Below are positions 11,068 to 24,647 of a stretch of 64,000 nt of DNA, piece after piece (within the stretch, counting starts at the first letter, position 1; the number at the start of each line of letters is the position of its first letter). Both the position numbers and the translations under genes were made by a program. Source of the DNA: Octopus vulgaris (lineage: Eukaryota); the NCBI GenBank assembly GCA_951406725.2, contig OX597822.1:19406001-19470000 (forward strand), read 5' to 3'. Under the pieces are notes generated by a model. That model did no database searches and was not told where the DNA came from. It was given only the letters and a program-made list of their open reading frames with translations.

Positions 11068-11818
11068 GGCTATAAGGCAAGTAAGAAAATGGAGAGGATA
11101 AACAATCGACAAACATCAACCTGTAAACATTCAATTATATCTATATATTTAATTGATTACAATCATGTGTAAGTGATCCACATAAACAAATGAAATAAGT
11201 CAATAAATAAGTAAATAAATATATAAATAGAAGTAAATGAATAAGAATAGATAAGTGTACAAATAGTAAACTCTTACAACTGTTTCTACCATGGGGCTGC
11301 CAAATTTTCCAAGTTATCCTCATCATGCCAGTGATATACAGGGATGAACAAACAATAAACAGGGATTGGTCAATGGCTGAGCCCCAAGGCTTCATCAGAG
11401 AGACCAAATGTTAGGAAACTAACATGTGGGAAAGTAAGTTAAAATAATAGAGTAAAATAAAATAAAAATAATATAATAGAAATAGTAAGGAATGGTAAGA
11501 ACTTCATTTTAAGGTGCTCTTATAATCCATGGTATTACATCTTATGGTAAATAAAGTCACTTTCAGGTGAAATTTCTGCAGGCTGTGGGTTGCATCATGT
11601 TTCAGATATACTGGGGGAAACGGCAAGGGTAAGATGTTGAGTATTCTTATTCATTTACTTCTATATACTTATTTACATCTTTATTGGCTTTTTTCATTTG
11701 TTTACTTGGATCACTGACACATGTGATTATAATCAATTAATAAATAGATATGACTGAATGTTTACAGGCTGATGTTTGTCAATTGTTTATCCTCTCCATT
11801 TTCTTATTTGCCTTATAA
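11068..11818. mobile_element. Penelope-type structure: about 180-bp inverted repeats (11068-11250, 11642-11818) enclosing a hammerhead
   Basis: TATAAGGCAAGTAAGAAAATGGAGAGGATAAACAAT... versus ...ATTGTTTATCCTCTCCATTTTCTTATTTGCCTTATA. Confidence 0.72.
11271..11402 (-). ncRNA. Type I hammerhead ribozyme, intact core, about 105-nt helix II
   Basis: Minus strand: CTCT CTGATGA AGCCTTGGGGCTCAGCCA...TGGCAGCCCCATGGTA GAAA CAGTTG TA AGAG. Helix I is CTCT/AGAG and the cleavage triplet is GUA. Confidence 0.8.
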
Positions 11819-11879
11819 ATCCTGTGTAAATTTCTAATTAATAGTATATATACACACACATACACACACACACACACGC

Positions 11880-11911
<32 letters not shown>

Positions 11912-12224
11912 ATATGTATGTATGTATGCATTGAGTCGAACCAGGGGCAGCTGATGAAGGGGAATATTCCTTGTATTGTTTGTCTTGTACTGTTTTTTCG
12001 TTGTTAAAAAAAAGTCCGTTTCCTTGTTTGTTTTTATGTTTTCGTTTCTCGTTGTGTTCTACGTTTATTTGTGGTGTCCTGTACTCATATATATATGCAT
12101 GTATATGCATGTATATATACATATAGATGTAGGTATGTACATATATGTATGTATGTATGCAAATGTTTTATTTATTAAATTGTTATTTTATATATATATA
12201 TACATATAAATATATTTATTTATA

Positions 12225-12288
<64 letters not shown>

Positions 12289-12439
12289 TGTATGTATGTA
12301 TGTATGTATGTATATATGTAATGTGAGGTGATAGTTTCACCTCTAATAGTTTCACTATGCATATATTATATACATAGTGAAAATATTAATAGTGAAACTA
12401 TTAAAACTGAAACTATTATCTCACATTATAATAGAGATG

Positions 12440-12659
12440 TTATTGCTTCACTTTTCCCATGTAATACAGTCTAAGAGATTGCTCCAGGCTAACATTAGAC
12501 AAGATGTTGAAAATTTTTTAGCCCATGACATTCCATGGACCCTAAGTAGTGTATGTGTAAAATTTGAATGAAATCGGTTGGGTAGTTCTTGAGTTTTAGT
12601 GATGCACACATACAGACACACAGAGAGACAGACAGACATTGTCAGTTTTATATATATAG
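12440..12659 (-). mobile_element. Non-autonomous Helitron 5' fragment
   Basis: Minus strand starts CTATATATATAAAACTG...(TGTC)n...ACCGATTTCATTCAAATTTT, the same 5' architecture as the complete copies at 14266 and 55808. Confidence 0.55.
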
Positions 12660-12752
12660 TAAAGGTGAAAATTGATAAAATCAGCATGCGAAATCAGCAT
12701 GTGATTTTTACCAGCATGCAATTTTTATAATTTTCACATTTACTATATATAT

Positions 12753-13045
12753 ATCACCGTGACCGACCAGGCTATCAGATGTTGCTGCACATCGCTGGTC
12801 ACAATGCGCTTCGCATTGTTTTAGCCTTCAAATGACGCCACCCCGCTGGCTAAGCGAGTAGGCCAACAGAAGAAAGTTGCGGTGAAAGAGTATAGCAGGG
12901 ATCGCCACCACCCCACTGCCGGAGCTTCGTGGAGCTTTAGGTGTTTTTCACTCAATAAACACTCACAACGCCCGGTCTGGGAATTGAAACCGCAATCCTA
13001 CAACTGCGAGTCCGCTGCCCTAACCACTGGGCCATTTTGCCTCCA
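12753..13045 (-). mobile_element. tRNA-derived SINE (family A)
   Basis: Copy of 2454-2760. Confidence 0.85.
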
Positions 13046-13095
13046 TATCTATATATATATATATATTGGTGCCTTGTTGTACCATTTATCTACTT

Positions 13096-13140
<45 letters not shown>

Positions 13141-13768
13141 CTAGCAAAGGCTAGGAGTCCTTCACTCCCAATGGTTTAACCGCGCGATCGGGTGTTCAGT
13201 CCGATTATTTCTATGAGAAATTTCTAGGAGAAGGTAACTCAGGTAACTGGGATAACTCCAACATAGAACCTGCGACTCATTGGTTACCGATGATGTTGAC
13301 TTGTTCTTCTTTTCAGATTATGGCTGCTGTTGCTTAGTGAGTCAGATTGACTCAGTGTACAGCCTTTCCTCACTTTAAAAAAAATTTTCTTGCACAGACA
13401 TTGCACGATAACAACATTGATTAAGCTTCATGCAATGGCCATACTCGATAACGAGGGGGCAGCCACCACATATATATATATATATATAAAATTACAAATT
13501 GAGATAGGGGTTGTGAGTGCAACCCACCATGGGATAACATATATCCAATATACTGCTAGTAAAGTGCCCAACAAAGTTAATACATAAATGTTAGGAATTG
13601 CGATGCACTGTACTTATTGTTTCATATTACTCATTGATGTACTTTGTTTTGTTCTATATTATTATGTTTGACCTTAATGTTCATATGTAGTGGTTTAATA
13701 AATTATGTGATTGGGTATTATCTGGTAGTTGTTTATTGATTTGGATGTATTTCTCCATTTTCTTATTT

Positions 13769-13807
<39 letters not shown>

Positions 13808-14265
13808 ATGTAGTTCAGGATGGTCATTTCCTTTTCCTTCTTTTTTTTTTGCTAAATAAACACATGCACTATATATTCATTCTTTACTCATTTATTACTG
13901 TTCTTATTGCAACTTGTCTTAATATACAATGCATATATAGTGTTTATTTGGCAGAAAAAAAAATTCATCCCAAAATACAACAATATGTTTCAGCACACAG
14001 TTTTACATCAGGAATCTTGCAACATATCATATACTATTTTTGGGATAAACCTTTTCTGTCCAGCGGCCAGCTAGTAAATGTTTTCTACAATTTCATTTAG
14101 GCTGAGTTGTTTGTGATGCTGCATGTCTTAAGGCAATGTCAAATAAGTGCTAAGAACATTTTTCATCTTGGAGATGTTCCAGTTTGAATTGGACTTTTAA
14201 TATCAAGTCTAATTGTTGCGTGTTGAAATACTTTCTTAGTAGTTTCAAATCTGATTTATTGTATA

Positions 14266-14615
14266 CTAGCACTATGACCTGGCAACGCCTGGTCATAGTG
14301 CTAGTGCATGCATATACAGCTGCGTGCATGCGCACATACATGTAAGTACTGTCCAAATCTCCAACCAATCACATACAGCTAGCTGGCATTCAATTGGCAT
14401 ATCAAGTTTCAAGCATTTTGATTGGGTTTTGGATAGAAAATTCACTTCTATTGATTTTTTAATGGCTTTGCGGGGTGACTGGGGAAATGTAAAGATGTGC
14501 ACGACCACCCTTGGATGGTTTGAATGACCATAGAAAGTGCGAGCCCTCTAACTGAAAAATTGTGGATTTGTATAAAGGACACACACGCAGACATTTTGCC
14601 GTTTATATATAGAGA
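14266..14615 (-). mobile_element. Complete non-autonomous Helitron
   Basis: Minus strand: A|TCTCTATATATAAAC ... subterminal hairpin ... CTAG|T. Shows 5'-TC, 3'-CTAG, an AT target and no TSD. Confidence 0.8.
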
Positions 14616-16185
14616 TTGTCTTAATGAAGCTCAAATTGCAAAGCATTGCATCATAATAATAATGATATTATTATGTATTGTGCTCAGGTGTACTATACAT
14701 AGTCAAAGGTGCATGTACAGTATCTAGAATTATGTACAATAGGAAAGTGAGCAGTGTACAAGACATGATATACATATATGCATGCGTATTGAGTGGGGAT
14801 ATCAGGTGTAGTGTTGGCAGATTTCAGGAAGCATGGAGGTTTTAATGGATGCAATGTCTCAGCAACTAACAACTGATGCAGGTAGTTTATTCCATCATCC
14901 AGCAACTCTGAGTGCAAAAAAATGTTTTCGAAAGTCATGGGACCTGTGTTGTTTTCTGACTTTGTAGGCATGCCTACATGTCTTAGATACATGGAGCTCA
15001 AAAAAGTGCTCAAAGTGGTTGTTGGCACGATGGTTAATAATCTTGTGGGTGTTTAACATACAATCCCTTCCATAAATTGTGTATAAACTGGTTTATGACT
15101 GTTATATGACAAACCTCTCACTATCAGTGTGTGAATTATTTAATTAGTATATAAGATTACTTAACTTGCATGTACATTCATCTTTATACACTGTCTCTTC
15201 ATATTTAAAGGTTGTTTTCACACATCAGTAAACTGTATCTACCTCTTTCCTTTTTTTTTTCTGGCCTGCTTCTATTTACAAATCACCTATAATCACGCAC
15301 CAAATCACAAAATGTAATATTCCACTGCATAAGTAATATTTTGTATATATGATTTAGAATCTTTTATGAGTACATGACACATGTGAAAGGTAAGCATTAA
15401 TACAGCAGTGTGTATTAGATATGAACATAGGTGTACATAATGTTACTGTTATCCCTTTGTACATAGTTGTCCACATTCAATGTACAACATTGTTTCCTTG
15501 TACGTGACCATGTACAACCACCATAATGTTGTTGCTGACTCCTTGGTTAGTGTGCAGTGGGACAACAAAACAATTTGTTAAAATATATGACACCTGACTG
15601 GAATATAATAACAGAAATATACAGTGGGGTAAATTAGAAATTGTATGAGAAAAGATGTATTAATTTTACTGCAACCAACCTTTATAAGCTGCTTTGAGAC
15701 AAATTTTATGATTCATAGTGTCATCCAAAATCATAATGATATACTACAGACAACAGTGGAAGGTCAAATGTGGGACTTTAAGAAAAGTGTTATATGATTA
15801 TTTCTGTAGTACCCCTTCTCCTAAGCTTACTAGACTTGTGCCAAAACTTGAAACAATTATTATGATTACCATTCTACTTTGCTGCTTCATTAATAATGCA
15901 GACTGAATTTCCAAAATAATTTTGTACAACCTAATTATGATGTTTTGTTTTGTTTTTATTTTTGCAAACATTTTATAAGTGCAGGCATGGCTATATGGTA
16001 AGAAGTTTGTTTCCACATTGTTCTGGGTTCATTCTCTCTGTGAGCCAACAAAAGCCTTGTGAGTGGATCTGGTAGACAGAAACTGAAAGAGGCCTATCAT
16101 ATATATTGGTTAGTTGAAATGTTTGTCACATATTTCAACTGCTAAAGGCAAATACACTGCAGTTACCATGAAGATGTATGTATGC

Positions 16186-16254
<69 letters not shown>

Positions 16255-16419
16255 AGTGTGTATGCTTTAGTCTCCTTGTCTTTACAGCGCATGGTGGTTG
16301 TAAAATGATTGTCACAGTCATACAAACAGTGTTATTGATTTCCAGTATATAATAATAATAATATGTTTCTTTATTGTCCACAAGAGGATAAACATAGAGG
16401 GGATAAACAAGGACAGACA

Positions 16420-16730
16420 AAGGGATTAAGTCGATTACATTGACCCCAGTGCGAAACTGGTACTTTATTTATTGACCCCAAAAGGATGAAAGACAAAGTC
16501 GACCTCGGCGGAATTTAATAATCTTTTCTACTATAGGCACAGGGCTTGGAATTTGGGGGAAGTAGGGTAGCTAATTATATTGATCCCAGTACACAACTAG
16601 TACTTATTTTATTGACTCTGAAAGGATGAAAGGTAAAGTCAACCTTGGTGGAATTTGAACTCAGAATCTAAGGACAACTGAAATGCCATAAAGCATTTTG
16701 TCCAACATGCTAATAATTCTGCCAGCTTAA
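16420..16730 (-). mobile_element. Two tandem fragments of SINE family D (conserved central domain CTTTCATCCTTT-GGGGTCAATAAA-AAGTACCAG)
   Basis: The domain recurs at about 37740-37900(+), 41330-41520, 42900-43100, 54420-54560 and 55540-55690. It resembles the Meta/MESC-type SINE domain; this is from memory and unverified. Confidence 0.7.
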
Positions 16731-16999
16731 TAACAATAGTGTTTTTATTTTTCCTCACACAAATCACTTGGCTAAAACTCATGGTGCCCAAATGAAGATC
16801 ATTTTAATCTAGCTTAATACCTTTTTGTTTCTGGTTCAAGTCTCACCTTATCCTACAGTAAAATGTTTGAGTTGGCCCAGAAGCTTCTTTGTAGTTACTC
16901 AGATCTGTTGTCTTGAAAATGAAACTATGTTTCATGTCTTAAATCTCAAGAAAATATTCCCACAATGGATGTGAGATTCCTTCTTTATTCCATCAGGTT

Positions 17000-19947
17000 T
17001 ACAAATGAGTGATGATGATTTCCAAGACCATCACCTTGTATTTGTCGTGGAATTTTTTGTGGAAGAATACAAAAGTAGTTTTCGGCAGCTTTGGTTTTCT
17101 TTTCGTTTATTTTTTATTTTTTTATTTTTTTTTATAGCCATTTCTGAAAATGCGAAAAAATAGAAAACTTAACCCCCACCTAAAATATTGAGTTGACCTT
17201 GACAGAATTAGAACTCAGAAAGCTAGAATATGCGCCAGAGGGCACTTGCTGTGATACTCTAGAGATTTGCTGCCTTAGAGATGAGATGGTTACTATTAAA
17301 ATAACGATCAGATTAGATTTCTACTTGAGAACAACGTATTGGGTTTCTTCTATCTATATGTCTGAAGGGAGAATTCAGAAGTTGTTTCTGTCTACTTGAG
17401 CAAAGTTGACTGGGGTTACATACCAACAAATATTGACATCGTGTTTAGCGGAAAATCAGAAATCAATAAACTACAGACATAGAAAACTGCTGATTTTCTT
17501 GGAACAGAGCAAAAACCAATCCTACCAAGGTGTATTGCCATCCATCTCGATAACAGAGAATTTAGATGAGGTTGGAAGATAGCAGAAGTCGTTGGAATAG
17601 GGAATCATATCGTCAGCAAGAGGCAATATCAGTTACTGCCAATGACGTTTTTATTTTTATTATTCTAAGAGAAATAGGTTTAGGTCAATAACCTTGAGAC
17701 CTTGAGATGAAGAGTTGGATGGCAAGGGGTGATGTGGCTGTAGCTGACATTTAAATTGTTTTGTTCTCTCTCAAATTACGGTAGATTTGTAAGGGAAGAT
17801 GAGAAAATTGATAAAGAGTTTTAAAATATTAGGGCTTTAAATATTTCAATGTACTAGCTATAGAATGTATAATTATTGATTTGCTTCGATCGCTTATAAG
17901 ATTTTTAGCTTATTAACCTGACACAAACATATTACTTGTAGTTATCGATCTTAGAAATGTTCAAAAGAAGTCAGCTTCGCAAAATAAAATTTAAGAAATT
18001 AAAATTAGAATAATATGGTACAGAATCGGGTATGGTAAAACATCTAAAAGAAAAACAATAACTAACGCGAAAAAGATATGTTGAAGCAAATTAAAATTTA
18101 AATCACTATTTACTGTAAAAACAAAAAAAACTCCAAAAAATACCCACATTGCAGTGGAAACTTTGCAACAAACTTGCCGAAAACATGACATTGTGTGTAC
18201 GATAACTGACGAAGGAAGCTTAAAAATGAAGTACTGAAGTTTCTTTTCAAGACTCTAAGGACGGAATGTGTTCAAAAAGCCCGATAAGATAAAGAATCTG
18301 CTATTTATATAAATACATTACCACATAGGCCTGTAATCTGAACAGATCTAACAAATAAAAAAAAATATATTTAAAATTAAATGATGTAAGCAAGTAGGAC
18401 TAACAGATAGACAAAAACTAATTATTTTTATAAGGAAATAATTATGCAACAAAAGGTTAATTAAAGTATTAAGAAATGTAGCATCATCTTGTCTAATGGT
18501 TGTTCGTGTAACAGTTTATAAAATAGAAGTAAAAAATATTAAACTGAAAGGGCAGAAAGATAAGGAGTGGTGTTAAGGTTCCCAGTTAAAGCCCTTTTGT
18601 TATTTAAGGGGTGGTGATGATGGTGAGAGCGATGAACTATCAGCTGAAATCTACGCTGGTCCTCCCCCACCATCGCCATCTCTGGTATTATAAATGATGT
18701 AAAAACAACAACACTGCACAATTGAATAAAAAAAACATCTGAACAATAAAAGCAAACGAGACAACTATGATGACAAGGTTTGCCTTTGACATAATTAAAG
18801 AAAAAGAATAAATAACGGTAATTAGGCAAAACTAAGCGAGTTTTCTGATGCTTAACTGCACCATCTGCTGTAGCGCTGTGGTGTTTGTTAGGTGGAGACC
18901 GCCGTCAAAGCACTCCTACAATTACACCAAGCACTACTACCACTGTTGTAGTTAATAGTAGAGGGTTTTGACTAAGCAGGAGCAGTAAATTTGTAGCAGG
19001 CAAGTTGCACACTGGGAAAATGGATGGTGTGTCGCCCTACATGTCGACATAACTCAACGGATTTCATGTAATTTGCCTATAATTTCTCATCTACCACTCT
19101 CCTGTACAACTACAGTTACTAACTTCAACATCCTTACCGTCTTCTCTTACATTCCAGCAAAGGTAAAAAAAGGAATTCCTTCTTCTTCCGCTTTATTAGC
19201 AGTTTTTCTTTATTTTGTTTTGTTTGTTTGTTTTTTTTGCACAAATTGTTATCGCTTGTTCTTTTTCTCTCTCACTTTCTCTTTCTTACCCTCCCATTTT
19301 CCAGGCACGCAATATTAATTTTCATTGTTTTTAAGTCAAATTATTCTCCCTTTTTATTCTTAAAACCCCTGTACAACACTATTAAAATCATTCCTCTACT
19401 AATCTCTTCAATGTAATCCACTTTTCGAAGACATCGATACTTTTAGAGTTGTTAAAGAAAGCTATCAGAATATAATTACAGCAGGTGCTTTATTAATAAT
19501 ATTATTATTCGTCTTATTATTATCATCAATGTCTTCTACATTCCTAACAACATAACCATAATCATCTAATAAACTGGATTACACAGTCGTGTTTATCAAA
19601 ACTTTTAAACTAGATTACGAAGCTTAAACTTCACAGTTTTGTTTATCCCAGGACTGCAAACATTAATGCTTTACTTTCTATTCCTCGCCAGTTTTCCCTT
19701 CTCAAAACATAACAATAACAGTTTTGTGAAGACTTTGCACATGGTTGCAGCCATTTCTTCTTCTAACCTGTAAATAATATTTTGTCGATTAGAAAAAATA
19801 TTTAGTAGATTATGTAACAACGTCGTCTCTGTTTACAGAGAATATTTTTCTCTAGGTTGCAGCTTCTCTAGCTATCAACTAGTTAACTAAAACTGGTACC
19901 ATTGCCACACACACATGTATGTGTGCGCGCATATATATATATATGTG

Positions 19948-19982
<35 letters not shown>

Positions 19983-20159
19983 GCCATCACACAAGGCAAA
20001 AACATTTCCCCCCTAATTGCTCTACACATGCAATGTTTCTGCTGACATATACACTAACATCTACTCCTCTACCCGGCTTGCCTCGTTTAAACCACTTTCT
20101 CTGTTGGTACTGTTACAGTACCCAGCTTTCAGTCGCTGCTTATCACCACCGATGTACTA

Positions 20160-20202
<43 letters not shown>

Positions 20203-21900
20203 GCAGTTAGGTTTTGAATATTGGGGTCGGGAGAAATGGAATCAGGCACTAGTGATACGTTCCTTATTTCATATATGTGATTGTGTAATTGAAAATCTAT
20301 GACGAGTTCTGTGATATACATACATACGTACATATATATATATGTATATATATATATATAGTATGATTACGTTGTTCTGTGAGAGTCCGTGGCAATACTT
20401 ATGTTATTATTGCTCTAGAGAAAATCTAAGCCGAAACATTGTCCATCGACTGGTAAACCACTCCAATTTTAGTTCAGACTCGATATCACCTCGCCACACC
20501 TGCATCAGACTTATTTTCAGGTGAGCTGTTATCAAAACCCATCCCTGTACAAAAATTATGTATATTTGGATTGTTACATTCACTACTTTCTCAACAAATC
20601 CTCGACCATCGTTTCACCTCTCTAAATGTCACGTTTAGTTTTGTTTTTTGTTTATTTGCTAAAATATAGTTTTAATTATTTATTTTATTTTATTTTAATG
20701 TTCCTTTCACTTTCTTTACTGAAAATGGTGCTTCCTGGCTTATTAATTTACTAATTATTGAAATGACAATTTAAAATGAACAACCTTATTTCGACTTAGA
20801 ATCTTTTTTTTTTTTTTCTCAAATCATAAATTGTTAAACTGTTCCCATCACTGAGGTTCGATCTTACACCCTATCCTCCCAAACAAGAGAACAAAACGGT
20901 GGATCAACCTTCTGTTTACCTTAGATCAGTCATTACACTCCACTATTTTGCTTTTGCTTGAACGAGAATCACTATTTATGTCACTGTCTGTCATTAGTGT
21001 CCACTTTTCCATGCTTACATAGGCCAGATCGAATTTGTTGAGGCAGATTTTCTACGGTTGGATGCCCTACCCGTCGCCAACTCTCACCTGTTTCCAAGCA
21101 ACTCGTATTTTGTGTGACACTGGAAACAAAAGAGAATTGCTTGTATGATGGTGATCCTCATTTACAACAACACTTGGAGATATAGTCACATATATATGTG
21201 TGTGTGTATACATAATGTGTGTATGTGTATGCGCATGCGAACGGCTTCTTTCATTTTCCATCTACCAAATTCACTCACAAAGTTTTTGGTTCGCGCAGGT
21301 CTATAAAAGAAAATGTTTGTTTAAAATGTGACGAAGTGGGACTGAACCAGATACCACATGGTTGGGAAGCAAACTTATTAACCACACGGCCATGCCTGAT
21401 CCTATAAATAAACCTAAATTCCATTAAAAAGTGCTGACAACTTCCTGTAATTCATTATGGACTAACCTACTATTTCCAGGGTGTTGATCAAAGCAACAAG
21501 TTTCTTGACCAGAGGAAATGGCAAAAAATGGGTCCTGACTAAAACTCTAGCTCTAACGAGTACCCACCCACTAATAATTTCATCCCGTTTCTCTGTATTT
21601 CTTATGCAAAAGAATTCTGAATTTATTGTAATGCAATATCGTCCGTAGTTCTTTGATGTTTAGTAAATAAAATTTTGTTATTCCTATTGGAAAGTTGAAT
21701 ATTTTTGGTATTTCCTTTACTTGTACGTTGAGACTATTTTTGCTAAACCGCACTTTCCTTCTATTTTCCTGACAGCCCCTGAAACTTTTCACCAATGGTG
21801 AATGTCTGTATTTCTTTTTTCCTTTTCTTTTTATCCATTTTTTTATGTGTGTTCAAATAGCCACAGGTCGTTTCAGCTTATTTTTCTCGTTTGTCTTCTG
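17000..21900. promoter_or_regulatory. Candidate promoter / first-exon region (unique, CpG-retaining, TE-poor)
   Basis: CpG dinucleotides look more frequent by eye and SINEs are scarce. Candidate + donors are AAAG|GTAAAA (about 19161) and TCAG|GTGAGC (20520). Shc needs an upstream non-coding exon. Confidence 0.35.
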
Positions 21901-22039
21901 GTTATCATTGTTTTTGTTACAATTCGGACCAAGTATGCTGATATGATATGGCATATTTAGTGCTTTCTAATTTCAGCTATTATTCAATGCCTGCTCAAAA
22001 CAATTTAAGATTATTACAATCATTTAACTTTTGCATGCA

Positions 22040-22540
22040 TCAACTAATATACATGTGCATACACTTTCAAGTTTATACACATACATGTTACGCATGTACA
22101 CACAACACACATCTGCAACTTTGTTCTTGTATATACATAATTATGTACACACAATGCATATGCATGCATCAAGTTTATACACACTTACATACACATAATA
22201 GTTATGTACATACATGCATATACGTTCGTCTTTAAGGTTGTACACACATGTACATGATAGTAATATACACATACATGCGCATACCTCTTCAAACTTATAC
22301 ACATAATAGTTATGGACTACACATATACGTACGTAACAGTTGTTCACAGACATACAATACTTGTGCATATACATCTTATACAAGATACATATAATAGTTC
22401 TGTATACACACACGCACACGCAAGCACATGTAATCTTCAGATTTTATACTCACACATAAATAGATGTCTAACAAATCTTCAAACTTATACTCATGCACAC
22501 ACTTGCATATATCTTCAAGTTTATACATTTACATACACAA
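22040..22540 (+). repeat. Degenerate (TACACA)-type low-complexity satellite
   Basis: Repeated TCAAGTTTATACACA / ACATACAC motifs. Confidence 0.75.
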
Positions 22541-22884
22541 GTGTTGTGTGATGAGAAGTTTGCTTTCCAACAACATGGTTCTGAGTTCAGTCCCACTGTA
22601 TGCCACTTTGGGTGAGTGTCTACCAAATGGATTTGGTCGACAGAAACTGAATATATATATATATATATATAGTGCCGGTGGCACGTAAAAAGCACCCACT
22701 ACACTCACGGAGTGGTTGGTGTTAGGAAGGGCATCCAGCTGTAGAAACACTGCCAGATCAGCCTGGTGCAGCCTCCTGGCTTCCCAGACCCCAGTCGAAC
22801 CGTCCAACCCGTGCTAGCATGGAAAACGGGCGTTAAACGATGATGATGATGATGATGATATATATATATGTATATGTATATAAT

Positions 22885-23320
22885 TGAGCATAAGCAGCAT
22901 CATATGTTGTGTGCAAGAGAGAAGACAGCACTGGTATAGTCAGATGGTGCATATGGACAAGGAGAGTTGCATAAAGAAGCGCCAATCTGTATGAAGAGAA
23001 CCTGCGGAAGAGGTACACTCTGAAAACATGGGATGAGGTGGTGAAGCATGCTCTTCAGATGTTGAGTCTCCAGAAGGTAATGACAAGTGATCAAGACTTT
23101 TGGCAATTTGCTGTGCTTGAGAAGACACATCAACCCAAGTGAAATCATATATAAAAGTCACCCACTATACTCATAGAGTGGTTGGCATTAGGAAGGGCAT
23201 CCAGCAATGGAGACCAAGCCAAACCAGACTGAAGCCTGGTACAGCTCTCCAGCTGACCAGTCTCAGTCAAACCGTCTAACCCATGCCAGCTTGGAAAATG
23301 GATGCTAAATAATGATGAAG
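22885..23320 (+). mobile_element. RTE-clade LINE 3' end (ORF C-terminus plus tail)
   Basis: VQERRQHWYSQMVHMDKESCIKK...CGRG...KTWDEVVKH...MTSDQDFWQFAVLEK resembles the RTE C-terminus (RRLRWYGHV...RGRPRKTW). Confidence 0.8.
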
Positions 23321-23329
23321 ATATATAGT

Positions 23330-23496
23330 AGTGGCTGTGTGGTAAGTAGCTTGCTTACTAACCACATGGTTCTGGGTTCAGTCCCACTGCGTGGCACATT
23401 GGGCAAGTGTCTTCCATTATAGCTCCAGGCCAACCAAAGCCTTATGAGAGGATTTGGTAGATGGAAACTGAAAGAAGCCCGTCGTATATATATATA

Positions 23497-23542
<46 letters not shown>

Positions 23543-23713
23543 GGCGCAGGAGTGGCTGTGTGGTAAGTAGCTTGCTTACCAAGCACATGGTTCCGGGTTA
23601 GGTCCCATTGCGTGGTATCTTGGGTAAGTGTCTTCTGCTATAGCCTCGGGCTGACCAATGCCTTGTGAGTGGATTTGGTAGACGGAAACTGAAAGAAGCC
23701 TGTCGTATATATG

Positions 23714-23746
<33 letters not shown>

Positions 23747-23952
23747 ATATGTTTGTGTGTCTGTGTTTGTCCCCCCACCATTGCTTGACAACCGATGCTG
23801 GTGTGTTTACGTCCCCGTCACTTAGCGGTTCGACAAAAAGAGACCGATAGAATAAGTACTGGGCTTACAAAGAATAAGTCCTGGGGTCGATTTGCTCGAC
23901 TAAAGGTGGTGCTCCAGCATGGCCGCGTTCAAATGACTGAAACAAATAAAAG
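23330..23952 (+). mobile_element. Two tandem family B SINEs (head only 23330-23485; full length 23543-23952)
   Basis: GGCGCAGGAGTGGCTGTGTGGTAAG head, GGTTCCGGGTT B-box region, CCAGCATGGCCGC tail. Confidence 0.9.
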
Positions 23953-24608
23953 AAATCTCTATATATTGATTTTAAAAACATATTTTTAAAAATAATAGTA
24001 ATACTTTATTATTATTATTTTTGTTTCTTAGTCAAAAGCTCTTCCAGCACACATCTTTTGGCCTCTTCAGCGACTCTTTATCCCACCACATGTCTCGTCT
24101 TGTGTTTAATTGGCAAAATAGGACTACCCCCAATTATAACAATACCTGTTTCAACACAATTTTATATCAAGAATCGTGCAAAACAAATACATAAACGTAA
24201 AAATCTGTATATATATGCGTGTGTGCATGTATGTATGTGTGTGATTTTCTGTCTGTCTTCCCCCACTATGGTGTGGGTGTGTTAAACCCATAACTTAAGG
24301 TTCAGCAAAAGTAGCCAATAGGATAAGTACCTGGCTTTAAAAAATAAGTACTTTGAGTTGATTTGTTAGGCCAAAATTCTTCAAGGCATTGCCCCAGCAT
24401 GGCCGCAGTCTAATGACTGAAACATATAAAAGATAATAATAGTTTGGTGCGTGCACACACACTTTTTCATATGTTCTGACACTCGTTTTTTCTGTTGTTT
24501 ACCATTCCTGTTTTCTTAGTTATTAATATTTAAAGGTATAAAATATTTTTTCCTGGCATGTTTTCAAATATCAATGTAACCTTACTTTTTTTCTGTGTAC
24601 TGACTGGG

Positions 24609-24647
<39 letters not shown>

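Noticed and set aside
11931-11975. CTGATGA followed by hairpin AGGGGA-ATA-TTCCTT
   Set aside because: No GAAA follows helix II and helices I and III cannot be built; at most a fragment.
14693-15028. 111-aa minus-strand ORF
   Set aside because: No homology recognised and non-ATG start; may be UTR or lncRNA sequence.
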